This document shows, piece by piece, positions 1 through 10,095 of a DNA stretch of 64,000 nt. Every line of letters starts with the position of its first letter. Position 1 is the stretch's first letter. The notes below the pieces were generated by a model. The model was not told where the DNA came from. It worked only from the letters and a program-made list of their open reading frames with translations, and did no database searches. Source of the stretch: Coriobacteriia bacterium (GTDB taxonomy: Bacteria > Actinomycetota > Coriobacteriia > Anaerosomatales > PALSA-660); contig JANYAK010000002.1 in NCBI GenBank assembly GCA_025361335.1, forward strand, positions 1,060-65,059, written 5' to 3'. The position numbers were made by a program, and so were the translations under genes.

Positions 1-172
1 TCTCGAGGTGCAGGAGCTGGGCGATGGTCAGGTTGGCGATCACGTCGTCGATCTCGTGACCCAGAAAGACGATGCGCTCGTTGAGCAGACGGGAGAATAT
101 GTCGAAGCTGCGCTCGCCGCGAGACGTCTGCTCGACGACGATGGGGACCAGGTCGTGGGGCCCGTGGTTCAT
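1..172 (-). CDS. clpP: ATP-dependent Clp protease proteolytic subunit ClpP, N-terminal part (runs off the window edge)
   Basis: Hand translation of the minus strand from ATG at 172 gives [57 protein letters not shown], a typical ClpP N-terminus. It lies immediately downstream of tig. It is absent from the ORF track because it is truncated. Confidence 0.85.
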   Translation of the reverse strand, partial: MNHGPHDLVPIVVEQTSRGERSFDIFSRLLNERIVFLGHEIDDVIANLTIAQLLHLE

Positions 173-177
173 GGGGG

Positions 178-1584
178 TCACTCCTCGTTCTCGGCGGCCG
201 GCTTGGCGGCCTTTGTGGCGGAGGCACCATCGGCCGCCTTCTTGACCGCCTTCTTAGGCGGCTTCTTCCCAGATCCGGCTTCGGCGCCCTCTTCGACGAT
301 CTCGACGTTGTCCATCAGCCAGCGGACGGCGAGACGATGCGTGAGCCCCTCCACGATCAGGGACATGGCGCCGTTGGCCTTCAGGCGGGCGCGCAGGGCC
401 TCGGGGCCGGTCTCTTGGGACGCGGCGATGAGGCCGATCTCGGCCTCGATCTCCTCGTCGGTGACCGTGAGGCCGGCGGCGCGCGCCAGGCCTTCCAGCG
501 CCAGCTCCTCGCGAACCCGGACCTCGGCTTCACGCTGGACGTCGGCCCGCAGCTCGTCGGAGGTCACGCCGGTCTCGGTGAGGTACTGCTCGATGGTCAG
601 CTCGCGCGCCTGCAGCCCCTCGACGAAGTCCCGGAGCATGTCGTTGGCCTGGCTGTCGATCATGGCCTGCGGCACGTCGCCGACGAGCCGCGACGCGAGG
701 GTCTCGCGTGCGCCACGCTCGACCAGGCGGACATGCGCGGCGGCCTTGTTCTCGTCAAGCTTGGCGCGGATGTCGTCCCGCAGCTCCTGGGCGGTCTCGA
801 AGCCGCCCACGTTGCCGGCGAACTCATCGTCGACCTCGGGAAGATGCTTCGCCTTGATCTCGTGCACGGTGATGTCGAACCCGGCCATCTTGCCCACGAA
901 CTCGGGGTTCGACGACGTATCCGGCACATGGAACTCGGCGCGAACGGTCTGGCCGGGCTTGGCGCCCAGCATCGCGGCATCGAACTCGACGGGCATCTGG
1001 CCGCGGCCCAGTTCGTACAGGTACTTGTCGACCTCGTTACCGTCGTACGCCTCTCCGTCGACCGTGCCGACGAAACTGATGATGGCGAAGTCGTCGGCCG
1101 CAACGCCGCGGTCCTCGACGACCTCGAGGGTGGCGAACCGGTCGCGCAGGTAGTCGAGCTGCGCGTCCACCTCCCGGTCGCTGGACAGTGCCGGCGGGAC
1201 CGTGATGGTGAGGCCGTCGGTGGACTTCAGCGTCAGCTCGGGCCGCAGCTCGACCTCAGCGGTGAACGTGTATGAGGCGGCCGGCTCCAACCCATCGAGC
1301 GTGCCGACGTCGGGCTGTCCGATGGGGCGCAGGCCCTCCGCGTCGATCGCGAGGGGATAGCTGTCCTCGACCAGGTCCTCAAGCGCGTCGGCCAGCACGG
1401 CTTCACGGCCGACGTACGAATCGATGATGGGGCGCGGGGCCTTGCCGGCGCGGAACCCGGGGATGCGGACGCGCAACGCGGTCTTCGCGTACGACCGGCC
1501 GATGCTCGCGTCCACTTCAGCAGGCGTGAGCGTGACCGTGAGCTTCACGTTCGTGCCCTCTAGCTTCTCAACACTCGTCTTCAA
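178..1584 (-). CDS. tig: Trigger factor (ribosome-associated chaperone / PPIase)
   Basis: 468-aa ORF. The N-terminus [19 protein letters not shown]...[13 protein letters not shown] is the trigger-factor ribosome-binding signature region. TTG start is preceded by GAGGAGG. Conserved tig-clpP order. Confidence 0.95.
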   Translation of the reverse strand: MKTSVEKLEGTNVKLTVTLTPAEVDASIGRSYAKTALRVRIPGFRAGKAPRPIIDSYVGREAVLADALEDLVEDSYPLAIDAEGLRPIGQPDVGTLDGLEPAASYTFTAEVELRPELTLKSTDGLTITVPPALSSDREVDAQLDYLRDRFATLEVVEDRGVAADDFAIISFVGTVDGEAYDGNEVDKYLYELGRGQMPVEFDAAMLGAKPGQTVRAEFHVPDTSSNPEFVGKMAGFDITVHEIKAKHLPEVDDEFAGNVGGFETAQELRDDIRAKLDENKAAAHVRLVERGARETLASRLVGDVPQAMIDSQANDMLRDFVEGLQARELTIEQYLTETGVTSDELRADVQREAEVRVREELALEGLARAAGLTVTDEEIEAEIGLIAASQETGPEALRARLKANGAMSLIVEGLTHRLAVRWLMDNVEIVEEGAEAGSGKKPPKKAVKKAADGASATKAAKPAAENEE

Positions 1585-1648
1585 CGATCCTCCTCGAGGG
1601 GATGTGCGGCGACGGGCTGCGCTCTTGGCGCCCGGTCGTGGTGCCGAA

Positions 1649-1732
1649 TGGTGCGGGCGAGAGGGGTCGAACCTCCACGAGTCTCCTCACCGGGACCTAA
1701 ACCCGGCGCGTCTGCCATTCCGCCACGCCCGC
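1649..1732 (-). tRNA. tRNA-Leu (anticodon UAG), long variable arm, CCA encoded
   Basis: The reverse complement folds as a cloverleaf: acceptor GCGGGCG/CGCCCGC, anticodon stem CCGGG/CCCGG with loop TTTAGGT, T-loop GGTTCGA, 3' ACCA. Confidence 0.9.
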
Positions 1733-1806
1733 ACGGATGACGAACAAACACTATACAGCAACGAAAGGTCGGGGCTTGGAGCCGCCGACCTTCCGAGGGT
1801 GTCGCG

Positions 1807-1882
1807 TGGTGGGCCGTATAGGGATCGAACCTATGACCTTGGGATTAAGAGTCCCCTGCTCTACCAGCTGAGCTAACGGCCC
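1807..1882 (-). tRNA. tRNA-Lys (anticodon CUU)
   Basis: Reverse complement is GGGCCGTTAGCTCAGCTGGTAGAGCAGGGGACTCTTAATCCC...GGTTCGATCCC...ACGGCCCACCA. Anticodon loop is CTCTTAA. Confidence 0.9.
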
Positions 1883-1923
1883 GCAGTGCTACGCCATTCT
1901 AGAAGATGCCGTTCAAAGTGCAA

Positions 1924-2001
1924 TGGGGTGGGTGACGGGGCTCGAACCCGCGACCTTCGGAGCCACAGTCCGACGCTCTAACCAACTGAGCTACACCCAC
2001 C
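1924..2001 (-). tRNA. tRNA-His (anticodon GUG) with encoded G-1
   Basis: Reverse complement is G-GTGGGTGTAGCTCAGTTGGTTAGAGCGTCGGACTGTGGCTCCGA...TTCGAGC...CACCCAC-C-CCA. The extra 5' G and C73 discriminator are typical of tRNA-His. Confidence 0.9.
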
Positions 2002-2013
2002 ATGTGGCGATCG

Positions 2014-2090
2014 TGGCACGCCCGGAGGGATTCGAACCCCCGACCTAGAGATTAGAAGTCTCCCGCTCTATCCAACTGAGCTACGGGCGC
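2014..2090 (-). tRNA. tRNA-Arg (anticodon UCU)
   Basis: Reverse complement is GCGCCCGTAGCTCAGTTGGATAGAGCGGGAGACTTCTAATCTCT...GGTTCGAATCC...GCCA. Anticodon loop is CTTCTAA. Confidence 0.9.
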
Positions 2091-2159
2091 AGATCCGGTG
2101 CCGCTCCCGGGCAGGCGCGACGGTGCATCACACTACCTGCGGCATCACGAGGTTGTCAA

Positions 2160-2235
2160 TGGAGCGGACGACGGGTCTCGAACCCGCAACATTCAGCTTG
2201 GAAGGCTGACACTCTACCAATTGAGTTACGTCCGC
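2160..2235 (-). tRNA. tRNA-Gly (anticodon UCC)
   Basis: Reverse complement is GCGGACGTAACTCAATTGGTAGAGTGTCAGCCTTCCAAGCTGA...GGTTCGAGACC...CGTCCGCTCCA. Anticodon loop is CTTCCAA. Confidence 0.9.
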
Positions 2236-2241
2236 GGTTGT

Positions 2242-2318
2242 TGGTCGGGCCGGCCGGATTCGAACCGGCGGCCCCCTGCTCCCAAAGCAGGTGCGCTACC
2301 AAGCTGCGCCACGGCCCG
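2242..2318 (-). tRNA. tRNA-Pro (anticodon UGG)
   Basis: Reverse complement is CGGGCCGTGGCGCAGCTTGGTAGCGCACCTGCTTTGGGAGCAG...GGTTCGAATCC...CGGCCCGACCA. Anticodon loop is TTTGGGA. Confidence 0.9.
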
Positions 2319-2397
2319 ACACCGGCAGAACCGGCCCGCTCCTACCGGAACGGCGTGCACCAGTATAGGGAGGGGGGCACCATGGGGCAACGGTCGC

Positions 2398-3009
2398 CTA
2401 GAGGCCCCCCAGCGCCTCGGCCAGCGCCCGCAGAGCGTGACCGCGGTGACTGATCGCGTTCTTCTCGTCGGCGGACAGCTCGGCCATCGTGCGGCCGCCT
2501 GTCGCGTCCGGCAGGAACAGCGGATCGTAGCCGAAGCCCCCCGAGCCGCGCGGTGCGGTCCCGATCGCCCCCTCGCACGTCCCGCGGGCGGTCGTCTCCG
2601 CGCCGAGACCGTCCACGTAGGCGACGGCGCACTCGAATCGGGCGCGGCGCTCCTGGGCGGGAGTGCCCGCGAGCGCGGTCAGCAGCTTCGCGTTGTTGTC
2701 CGCGTCCGCCGCGCCCTCCCCCGCGTAGCGGGCCGAACGGACACCCGGCTCCCCGCCGAGCGCGTCGACCATGAGCCCGCTGTCGTCGGCCAGCGTCGGG
2801 AGCCCGAACAGCCGGTGATAGGCGCCCGCCTTGAGCAGCGCGTTGTCCACGAAGGTCTCGCCCGTCTCTTCGACCTCGGGCGGCTCGATCCCCACATCCT
2901 CGGCGGTCACGAACTCCCATCCCGGGAAGGACAGCGCACAGCGGATCTCGTCGAGCTTGCCCCGGTTCTTCGTCGCGACTATGACCCGGTGGCCGGGATC
3001 ATCGCCCAT
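2398..3009 (-). CDS. rdgB: Non-canonical purine NTP pyrophosphatase (RdgB/HAM1 family)
   Basis: 203 aa. Contains VIVATKNRGKLDEI...ETGETFVDNALLKA...ADDSGL.VDALGG.PG..SARY...GFGYDP.F, which are RdgB/ITPase motifs. Overlaps the rph stop by 11 nt (operon). Confidence 0.9.
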   Translation of the reverse strand: MGDDPGHRVIVATKNRGKLDEIRCALSFPGWEFVTAEDVGIEPPEVEETGETFVDNALLKAGAYHRLFGLPTLADDSGLMVDALGGEPGVRSARYAGEGAADADNNAKLLTALAGTPAQERRARFECAVAYVDGLGAETTARGTCEGAIGTAPRGSGGFGYDPLFLPDATGGRTMAELSADEKNAISHRGHALRALAEALGGL

Positions 3010-3742
3010 ACGTGGTCAGCCCTCCGGCGACGACCTCTCGCTGGACGGCGATGAGACGCTCGGTGCCTTGGGAGGCGAGATCAAGCAGGTCGTCGAGTCG
3101 CTTTCGCGCGAACGGCGTCCGTTCCCCCGTGCCCTGCACCTCGATGAACCCGCCTTCGCCGTCCATGACCACGTTCATGTCGACCTCGGCGCGGCTGTCC
3201 TCGGAGTAGTCGAGGTCGAGCAGGACCTCCCCGTCCACGAGTCCCACGGAGATGGCGCCGATGTGCCCCCTCAGCGGTGAGGCCGCGATCTTGCCGGCCT
3301 CCTGCCATGTGAGCAGGGCGTCGTTGAGGGCCACCCATGCGCCGGTGATGGCCGCCGTCCTCGTTCCCCCGTCGGCCTGCAGAACGTCGCAGTCGACGTT
3401 GACGGTGACCTCTCCGCCCATCGCGGCCATGTCCGTCACCGACCGCAGCGAGCGGCCGATGAGGCGCTGGATCTCGTGCGTGCGCCCGCCGATGCCGCTG
3501 GCACCGATCTCGCGGCGGCGCCGCTCGTGCGTCGAGGCGGGCAGCATGGAGTATTCGGCCGTCACCCAGCCGAGGCCCGAGCCGCGCCGCCAGCCGGCGA
3601 CGCTGTCCGAGATGCTCGCGGCGCACAGCACGATGGTGTCGCCCAGTTCGAACAGGCACGACCCCTGCGCGTGCTTCAGATACCCTCGCGTGAGCCTGAC
3701 GTCCCTGAGTGAGTCGGACGCCCGTCCGTTGGTGCGTGCCAT
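2999..3742 (-). CDS. rph: Ribonuclease PH
   Basis: 247 aa. Contains RDVRLTRGYLKHAQGSCLFELGDT.VLC...GWVTAEYSMLP.ST..R..RE...GRT.EIQRLIGRSLR and CDVLQADGGTRTA, matching RNase PH. Confidence 0.95.
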   Translation of the reverse strand: MARTNGRASDSLRDVRLTRGYLKHAQGSCLFELGDTIVLCAASISDSVAGWRRGSGLGWVTAEYSMLPASTHERRRREIGASGIGGRTHEIQRLIGRSLRSVTDMAAMGGEVTVNVDCDVLQADGGTRTAAITGAWVALNDALLTWQEAGKIAASPLRGHIGAISVGLVDGEVLLDLDYSEDSRAEVDMNVVMDGEGGFIEVQGTGERTPFARKRLDDLLDLASQGTERLIAVQREVVAGGLTTYGR

Positions 3743-3786
3743 TTCCCCCGCCTTCCGCGAGTGCGCCGGCCTTTACGTGCCGCCGG

Positions 3787-4533
3787 TCAGATGTCGATGG
3801 CGAGCAGTTCGTCCGCGAGCATGACCTCCCCATCGAAGACCGCCCGCGCGTCGTCCAGTATGGCGTCCCTCGGCGTGGTCGGCCACAGATGCGTGAGCAC
3901 GAGCTTCGACGCACCGGACTCGGCGGCCAAGCGCCCGGCCTCACCCGCGGTCATGTGGGGCGCGCGCCCGGCGTAGGCGGCGGGAAGCGTGGCTTCCGCG
4001 AGCAGGACGTGGGCCCCCTCGGCGGCGCGCAGGACGGCATCGCCGTAGCTGGTGTCCGACGTGTAGCACAGCCGCCGTCCGCCCGCCTCCGCGATGAGGG
4101 CCCAGGTCGGGCCGACGTGATCGACGGCGCACGGGGAGATCGTGAGCGGCCCGACCCGGACCGGAGACCCCGCCGCCAGCGCCGAGAAGTCGAACGCAGC
4201 GGCCAGTTCTTGGCGCCCGGCCTCCGACAGCAGACAGGCCGCTCGTTCCATGAGGCCTTCGGGGCCGTACACGCGCACCGCCGGGGCCGGCCCCTCCGGC
4301 GCGAACCGCAGCATCGCCTGCAGGGCATAGAGGTCCGCGAAGTGGTCGGGGTGCTCGTGAGTGACGAACACCGCATCCAGCGTGAGAGGGTCGGCGACGC
4401 GAGCCAGGTTGGCCAGCGTCCCGTTCCCGATGTCGAACATCACGCGGGCGCCGTCCGCCTCGAGCAGGTGGCCCGCGCAGGCACGACCCGCGTCGGCGTA
4501 CGACGCGCACGAGCCGAGCACCGTCAGCCTCAC
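3787..4533 (-). CDS. MBL-fold metallo-hydrolase
   Basis: HEHPDH (HxHxDH) zinc motif. The in-frame GTG at 4533 (VRLTVLGSCAS...) is preceded by GGAGGAAGG. The rest of the 510-aa track ORF overlaps murI and is discounted. Confidence 0.8.
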   Translation of the reverse strand: MRLTVLGSCASYADAGRACAGHLLEADGARVMFDIGNGTLANLARVADPLTLDAVFVTHEHPDHFADLYALQAMLRFAPEGPAPAVRVYGPEGLMERAACLLSEAGRQELAAAFDFSALAAGSPVRVGPLTISPCAVDHVGPTWALIAEAGGRRLCYTSDTSYGDAVLRAAEGAHVLLAEATLPAAYAGRAPHMTAGEAGRLAAESGASKLVLTHLWPTTPRDAILDDARAVFDGEVMLADELLAIDI

Positions 4534-4574
4534 GACCGCTCCTTCCTCCCCGCCGCATTGCGACGACAGCGCGC

Positions 4575-5435
4575 CTACCCGAGATCGGCGAGATCCACGT
4601 GCTCGACGCGGCCGAGGGATCGCCCCAGCACCCGCGCCCCCAGCTGCCCGAACTCGTCCGCATCCCCGGTGGTCACGAAACGGTGGACCGGGCTGGTCGT
4701 GCGTGGGGCCAGCTCCCCGCGAGCCTCGAGAGTGTCGGCGACCTCGCCGGCCGTCTCCTCCGCCGACGAGATGAGCCGCACCCCTTGCCCGACCACCTGC
4801 TGGACCGCAGGCGCGAGCAGGGGGAAGTGGGTGCAGCCCAGCACAAGGGTATCCACGCCGGTCCGCTTGAGAGGGTCGAGATACCCCCGCGCCATCTCGT
4901 AGAACGACGGTCGGATGAACACGTCGGACGCTTCCGCGAGCGTGTCCTCGAACGTCCCTGGGCCCATACGCAGGCCCGACTCCACGACGTCCACGAACTT
5001 CGGCGTCGCCACTGAGAACACGGTCACGCCGGCGTCGATAGCGCGGACCGCTTCGCTGTACGCGCCCGAGTCCACGGTGCCCGCGGTGGCGATCACGCCC
5101 ACCCGACGGTTGCGCGTCGCCTTCACGGCCGCTCTCGCGCCCGGGTCGATGACGCCTATCACCGGCACGTCGAACTCGCGCTGAGCGGCTTCGAGGCCCG
5201 CCGCCGTGCCTGTGTTGCATGCGATGACCAGCAGCTTCACCCGTCGCTTCTCGAGCCATCGACCGATCTGCAGGACGAATCCGCGCACGTCGTCCTGTGG
5301 CCGGGGGCCGTAGGGGCATCGCAGGGTGTCGCCGAAGTAGATGACGGATTCGCCGGGAAGGACGCGCATGATCTCGCCGGCCACCGTCAGCCCTCCGAGG
5401 CCCGAGTCGAATATCCCGAGAGGTAGCTGATCCAT
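4575..5435 (-). CDS. murI: Glutamate racemase
   Basis: From MDQLPLGIFDSGLGGLTV... with the two catalytic-Cys contexts IACNTG and LGCTHFPLL. 286 aa. The longer 471-aa track ORF is an upstream run-on. Confidence 0.93.
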   Translation of the reverse strand: MDQLPLGIFDSGLGGLTVAGEIMRVLPGESVIYFGDTLRCPYGPRPQDDVRGFVLQIGRWLEKRRVKLLVIACNTGTAAGLEAAQREFDVPVIGVIDPGARAAVKATRNRRVGVIATAGTVDSGAYSEAVRAIDAGVTVFSVATPKFVDVVESGLRMGPGTFEDTLAEASDVFIRPSFYEMARGYLDPLKRTGVDTLVLGCTHFPLLAPAVQQVVGQGVRLISSAEETAGEVADTLEARGELAPRTTSPVHRFVTTGDADEFGQLGARVLGRSLGRVEHVDLADLG

Positions 5436-5491
5436 GCGGACCAGTATAGCCCGGCCGCTCGACACCGAGCGGGGGCCGCGTGCACAGCGGA

Positions 5492-6547
5492 CTAGACTCC
5501 GACCAACCGGCGCAGCTCGCCCGATATCGCGCCGATGGGCAGGACCTCGCCGACGCCGCCCAGCTCGGCGGCGGCCTTCGGCATCCCGTAGACGGTCGAG
5601 GTCTCCTCGTCCTGCCCGATGGTCGCGGCCCCGGCGTCTCGCATCTCCTTGAGGCCCTTGGCTCCGTCGTTGCCCATCCCGGTGAGGATCACGCCCACAG
5701 CGCCCGCGCCCAGGCTGCGCGCGACGGACGAGAACAGCGTGTCGGCCGACGGGAGGTACAGCTGTCCCGCGGAGGGTTCGGCGAAGCGCAGGACGTGTCC
5801 GTCGAACACCAAGTTGCGCCCCGTGGGAGCGAGATAGGCGGTCCCTCGTTGCGGTGAGGAACCGTCGGCCGCCGCGCGCACATCGATGGCGCATCCGCCC
5901 CCCAGCCAGTCCACCAGCCCCGGGATGAACCCCTCGGAGATGTGCTGCGCGATGAGGATGGGGAGCGGGAACTCCTTGGGTAGGCCGCACAGCACGGTCA
6001 TCAGGGCGGACGGTCCGCCCGTCGACGAGCCGATCGCGATGAGGGAGTAGCCCTTCCGACCGGCGGAGGGAGGAGCCGTCCCCGGCGCGACCGGTCCGGC
6101 CGGGCCGCGCTTGCGGCCAGCGATGTGCGTGATCACCTTCACCCGGGAGAGCATCTTGACCTTGCGGATGATGTCGCGGCCGGTGCGCTCCATGTCCTGC
6201 CAGTCAGCCGGCTCCGGCTTCTTCATCACCTCGAGCGCGCCGAGAGCCATCGCGTCGAAGGCGAGCCCCGTCCCGGCACCGTGGACCGATGATGAGACCA
6301 CCAGGATGGGCACGGGCGTGTAGGCCATGATGTGTTCGATGGCCTGCAGGCCGTCCATCCTGGGCATGTGGATGTCCATGGTGACGAGGTCCGGCTTGAG
6401 CCGGACGACCATGTCCGCGCCCTCTTGGCCGTCCTTGGCCTGACCCACGACCTCGATCCCGGGATCGCTCGCGAGTATGTGGGAGAGCATCTCCCGTGCG
6501 ACCAGGGAGTCGTCGACTATGACGACGCGCATGCGCCGCTCGACCAT
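5492..6547 (-). CDS. cheB: Chemotaxis response regulator protein-glutamate methylesterase CheB
   Basis: N-terminal receiver (VVIVDDS...DLVTMDIHMPRMDG) plus C-terminal methylesterase (IAIGSSTGGP, GMGNDGA). The alternative ATG at 6532 cannot be excluded. Confidence 0.92.
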   Translation of the reverse strand: MVERRMRVVIVDDSLVAREMLSHILASDPGIEVVGQAKDGQEGADMVVRLKPDLVTMDIHMPRMDGLQAIEHIMAYTPVPILVVSSSVHGAGTGLAFDAMALGALEVMKKPEPADWQDMERTGRDIIRKVKMLSRVKVITHIAGRKRGPAGPVAPGTAPPSAGRKGYSLIAIGSSTGGPSALMTVLCGLPKEFPLPILIAQHISEGFIPGLVDWLGGGCAIDVRAAADGSSPQRGTAYLAPTGRNLVFDGHVLRFAEPSAGQLYLPSADTLFSSVARSLGAGAVGVILTGMGNDGAKGLKEMRDAGAATIGQDEETSTVYGMPKAAAELGGVGEVLPIGAISGELRRLVGV

Positions 6548-6565
6548 GGGCCTCCCCCCGTCGTT

Positions 6566-8803
6566 CTACCTGATCAGGCGCTCGACCGTCTCGAGCAGGG
6601 TGTCCTGGTTGAACACGGACTTCGTGATGTAGCCGTCAGCGCCGGCGTCGATGCCTTCGGCCTTCTCCTCGTCGCGCTCGAGCGACGTCACGATCACGAC
6701 GGGGATCACTTTCAGCTGCGCGTCGGACTTGATGGCCCGCGTCAGCTCGAACCCCGTCATGTTGGGCATCTGGACGTCGGTGACGACGGCGTCGATCTTG
6801 AGCCCCCCCTGCCGCAGCCGGGCCAGTCCCTGCGCGCCGTCCATGGCGACCTCGACCTCGTAGCCGGCGGCCTCGAAGATCGAGCGCTCCAGCTCGCGGG
6901 TGGTGAAGGAGTCCTCGCAGATCAGCACGCGGCGCGGCCCCTCGTGCTTCTCGACCTTCATCTCACGGACGCGCATCCCGGACCGCGTCCGGGCGTTGGT
7001 CATCAGGTCGGGCACGTTGAGGATGACGACGATCTCGCCGGCCCCCAGGACCGTCACTCCCGCGACGTTCTCGATGCGCTTGAGGTGCGTGCCGAGCGTC
7101 TTGATCACGATCTGCTGTTCGCCGATGAACGAATCGACCACGAACCCCATCCGGTGGCCCGAGAAGCCCAGGATCGCGATCGGGACCTTCCCAGTCCCCT
7201 GCTGATGGGGAACCCCCAGGATGTCGCCCAAGCGCACCAGAGGCACCGTGCGGCGCTGCCGCCGGATGACCTCGTGACCCTCCACCTTGAGGATCTCGTC
7301 CGGCGTCACGCGCAGGGTCTCCTCGATGCTCGCGGTCGGTATGGCGAACACGGCGTCGCCGACGCGCAGCAGGAGTGCCCGGATGATGGCCAGCGTGAGG
7401 GGGATGGTCAGGCGGAACCTCGTCCCAGCCCCGAGCTCCGACTCCACATCGAGCGAGCCCTTGAGCTTCTCGACGACGAACTGACGCACGACGTCCATCC
7501 CCACGCCGCGGCCTGAGATCTCCGTGATGATGGGGGCCGTCGAGAAGCCTGACTCGAAGATGAGGTAGCGCGCCTCGCGATCCGAGATCGCGAGCGCCTC
7601 GTTCTCCGTGAGGTAGCCCTTCCGCACCGCCGCCGCTCGGACTCTGTCCGGGTCGATGCCCGCACCGTCGTCCGCCACCTCGATGACGATGTGGTCGCCT
7701 TCCTGCCGGGCGGCCATCCGGATGGTGCCGATGCGCGGCTTGCCCGCAGCCTCGCGTTCCTCAGGAGACTCGATGCCATGGTCGACGGCGTTGCGCATGA
7801 TGTGGATGAGCGGGTCGTTGATCTCCTCGAGCACCTTCTTGTCCAGCTCGGTGTCCGCGCCCTCGATGACCAGGTCGATCTCCTTGCGGAAGCTCTTCGC
7901 GAGATCGCGGATCGAACGCGGGAACGTGTTGAAGATCGTGGAGACCGGGAGCATGCGCAGCTGCATCCCCTGCTCCTGGAGGTCGGCGACCACGGTGGAG
8001 TCGCGCGAGGTGTCCTCGGCGTGGTCCTTGGCAAGCGTGGTGATCCCCCGCCGGAACTCGGCCAGCATGCCGTCGAGGGCGGCGACGTCGTCCATCAGCG
8101 CCGCCGTGACCGCGTCGTCACCGATCCCCAGCGTGCCGACGGCACCTTTGACGCGCCCCCACATCTTCCACGCCTCGGACAGCTCGCCCCGCAGCGCGCG
8201 GATCTCCACGACGCGCTGCTCCGCCTTGATCTGGTCGATGACGACCTCGCTGATCAGGTTGAGCAGTGAGTCGAGCTGCGCGGTCCGGACGCGGATCGTC
8301 GTCTGCTCCTTGACCTGCAGCGTGTCTTCGCGACGGGCGCGCGCGGCGCCGTCCTCCTCGGTGGGCGCGGCCTGCGCGACCGCCGTCGGAGCCTCAGCCG
8401 CGACCGGGGCCCCACTTCCGTCCGCCACCGCCCCGAGGCGGCCGAGCAACCCCGTGAGATCCGTGGTCTCGGGGATCGGCTCCCCGGCTATCTCGCACAG
8501 GTACACGATCATGTCGAGCGCTTCGAAGAACGAGTCCGACATCTCGGGCACGTACACCATCTGCCCGTCGCGCACCTTGACCATGATGTCCTCGAGGCGA
8601 TGCGCCACGTCGGATATCTCGATGAGACCCACCATGCGGGCCGAGCCTTTGAGCGTGTGCGCGTCACGGAGCATCTGATCGATGAGACCGCGATTGCCCG
8701 GATCGCCCTCCAGCGTGATGACGCCCTCATTCAGACGCTGGAGATACTCCCCAGCCTCCTCCTTGAACTTCCCTATGAACGCGCTCCGGTCGAACTCGAC
8801 CAT
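6566..8803 (-). CDS. cheA: Chemotaxis histidine kinase CheA with fused C-terminal receiver domain (CheA-REC)
   Basis: HPt (DAHTLKGSARMVG), HATPase (NAVDHGIE, DDGAGID, GRGVGMDVV), CheW-like domain, then a REC domain (VLICEDS...DAVVTDVQMPNMTG...K). Confidence 0.93.
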   Translation of the reverse strand: MVEFDRSAFIGKFKEEAGEYLQRLNEGVITLEGDPGNRGLIDQMLRDAHTLKGSARMVGLIEISDVAHRLEDIMVKVRDGQMVYVPEMSDSFFEALDMIVYLCEIAGEPIPETTDLTGLLGRLGAVADGSGAPVAAEAPTAVAQAAPTEEDGAARARREDTLQVKEQTTIRVRTAQLDSLLNLISEVVIDQIKAEQRVVEIRALRGELSEAWKMWGRVKGAVGTLGIGDDAVTAALMDDVAALDGMLAEFRRGITTLAKDHAEDTSRDSTVVADLQEQGMQLRMLPVSTIFNTFPRSIRDLAKSFRKEIDLVIEGADTELDKKVLEEINDPLIHIMRNAVDHGIESPEEREAAGKPRIGTIRMAARQEGDHIVIEVADDGAGIDPDRVRAAAVRKGYLTENEALAISDREARYLIFESGFSTAPIITEISGRGVGMDVVRQFVVEKLKGSLDVESELGAGTRFRLTIPLTLAIIRALLLRVGDAVFAIPTASIEETLRVTPDEILKVEGHEVIRRQRRTVPLVRLGDILGVPHQQGTGKVPIAILGFSGHRMGFVVDSFIGEQQIVIKTLGTHLKRIENVAGVTVLGAGEIVVILNVPDLMTNARTRSGMRVREMKVEKHEGPRRVLICEDSFTTRELERSIFEAAGYEVEVAMDGAQGLARLRQGGLKIDAVVTDVQMPNMTGFELTRAIKSDAQLKVIPVVIVTSLERDEEKAEGIDAGADGYITKSVFNQDTLLETVERLIR

Positions 8804-8845
8804 GCCGTGTGTTCCTGTCTTCCCAGTGCCCGGGCCGGAAGGGGG

Positions 8846-10072
8846 CTAGTCGATGATCTTGAACGCCTGACCCACCTGGCTGGAGTCGCGTGCGATCGTG
8901 GCGAGCCCCTCCGCCGAGGAAGCGACCTGCTTGCTCCCGGCGGCCGTCTGCTGGGCCACCTGGGCGACCTCCTTCATCGCCTTGACCACCTGCTCGGTGG
9001 CCGTGCGCTGCTGCTGCGTGGCGACCGAGATCTCCTTCGCGGCGACGGTGGTCTGCTCGATCATGTCGAGGATCTGCTCCAGCGAGTCTCCGGTGACGTT
9101 ACCCAGCGTCACCCCCTCGCCGACCTGCTTGAGTTCCTGCTCGGTGGAGATGACCAGGTCGTTGGCCGCCCCCTGGATCTCGGTCATGATCGTCGAGATC
9201 TCGCCCGTCGACTCCACGACCGATTCTGCCAGCTTGCGGATCTCGCTGGCGACGACCGAGAAGCCCTTGCCCGCCTCGCCGGCGCGCGCGGCCTCGATGG
9301 CGGCGTTGAGCGCCAGGATCTTCGTCTGGTCGGCGATATTGTTGATCATCGAGAGGACCTGGCCGATCTGCTGGCTTCTCTCGCCCAGCGCCAAGATCTT
9401 GTTGGCGGACGACTGGGCCCGCACCCTGATCTGCTCCATGGCCTCCAGTGTGTTGGCCACAGCGTGCTGGCCCGACTCGGCGCTGCCCAGCGTGGCCTCG
9501 GCCATCCGCACCACGTGGTCGGCGTTGTCGGCGATCTGACGGTACGTGGCCGCCAGCTCTTCCATGGTCGCCGTCGTCTCGCTGATGGAAGCCGCCTGCT
9601 CGGCCGCTCCCGACGCCTGCTGCTCGGTGGCGGCGAGGATCTCAGTGCTCGACTGCGCGAGCCGCTTGCTCGACTCCTGCGTCTGCCTGATCAGGTACAC
9701 GATGAGGTCGAGCATCTGGTTGTAGCTTGCCGCCAGCGTGCCGAACTCGTCCGTGGACTTCACGATGGCCTTGTGGCCGATCTCGCCCTGGGTGGCCAAC
9801 TGCACGCTCGCCACCACCGAGTCCAGCGGCGCGAGCATGCGCGAGCCCAGGAAGAGGAACAGCGCGAACCACCCGACGAACAGCAGGACGAACAGCGCCG
9901 AGACGAACGCTATCTCCATCTGCCAGCCCTCGTGGCCGGTGATGCTCTTGCCCATCAGGGCGAAGAACACCGCCACCTGGATCAGGTTGAGCGCGCCGAA
10001 CATCACCACGTTGGCGGCCAGGAACTTGTACAGGAAACGGTGCCGCATCTTCTGGATGAGTCGTGCAAGCAT
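8846..10072 (-). CDS. Methyl-accepting chemotaxis protein: two TM helices with a ~13-residue outer loop, HAMP, MA domain
   Basis: 408 aa. Highly conserved MCP hairpin tip [42 protein letters not shown]-like segment [23 protein letters not shown] before the ATG. Confidence 0.92.
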   Translation of the reverse strand: MLARLIQKMRHRFLYKFLAANVVMFGALNLIQVAVFFALMGKSITGHEGWQMEIAFVSALFVLLFVGWFALFLFLGSRMLAPLDSVVASVQLATQGEIGHKAIVKSTDEFGTLAASYNQMLDLIVYLIRQTQESSKRLAQSSTEILAATEQQASGAAEQAASISETTATMEELAATYRQIADNADHVVRMAEATLGSAESGQHAVANTLEAMEQIRVRAQSSANKILALGERSQQIGQVLSMINNIADQTKILALNAAIEAARAGEAGKGFSVVASEIRKLAESVVESTGEISTIMTEIQGAANDLVISTEQELKQVGEGVTLGNVTGDSLEQILDMIEQTTVAAKEISVATQQQRTATEQVVKAMKEVAQVAQQTAAGSKQVASSAEGLATIARDSSQVGQAFKIID

Positions 10073-10095
10073 GATCTTCCTCCTATGTGGTACGG

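Noticed and set aside
8-1275. Long plus-strand ORFs (381 aa, 312 aa) antisense to tig
   Set aside because: They are Ala/Arg/Ser/Pro-rich low-complexity translations typical of shadow ORFs in high-GC DNA. The opposite strand encodes an unmistakable trigger factor.
1600-2400. The tRNA cluster as an integration hotspot for a mobile element
   Set aside because: There is no integrase, no duplicated tRNA 3' end or att-like repeat, and no phage or IS genes on either side. The flanking genes (tig, rdgB) are core.
4534-5319. N-terminal 262 codons of the 510-aa ORF 3787..5319
   Set aside because: They overlap murI in another frame. A GTG with a strong GGAGGAAGG RBS at 4533 gives a normal-sized MBL-fold protein.
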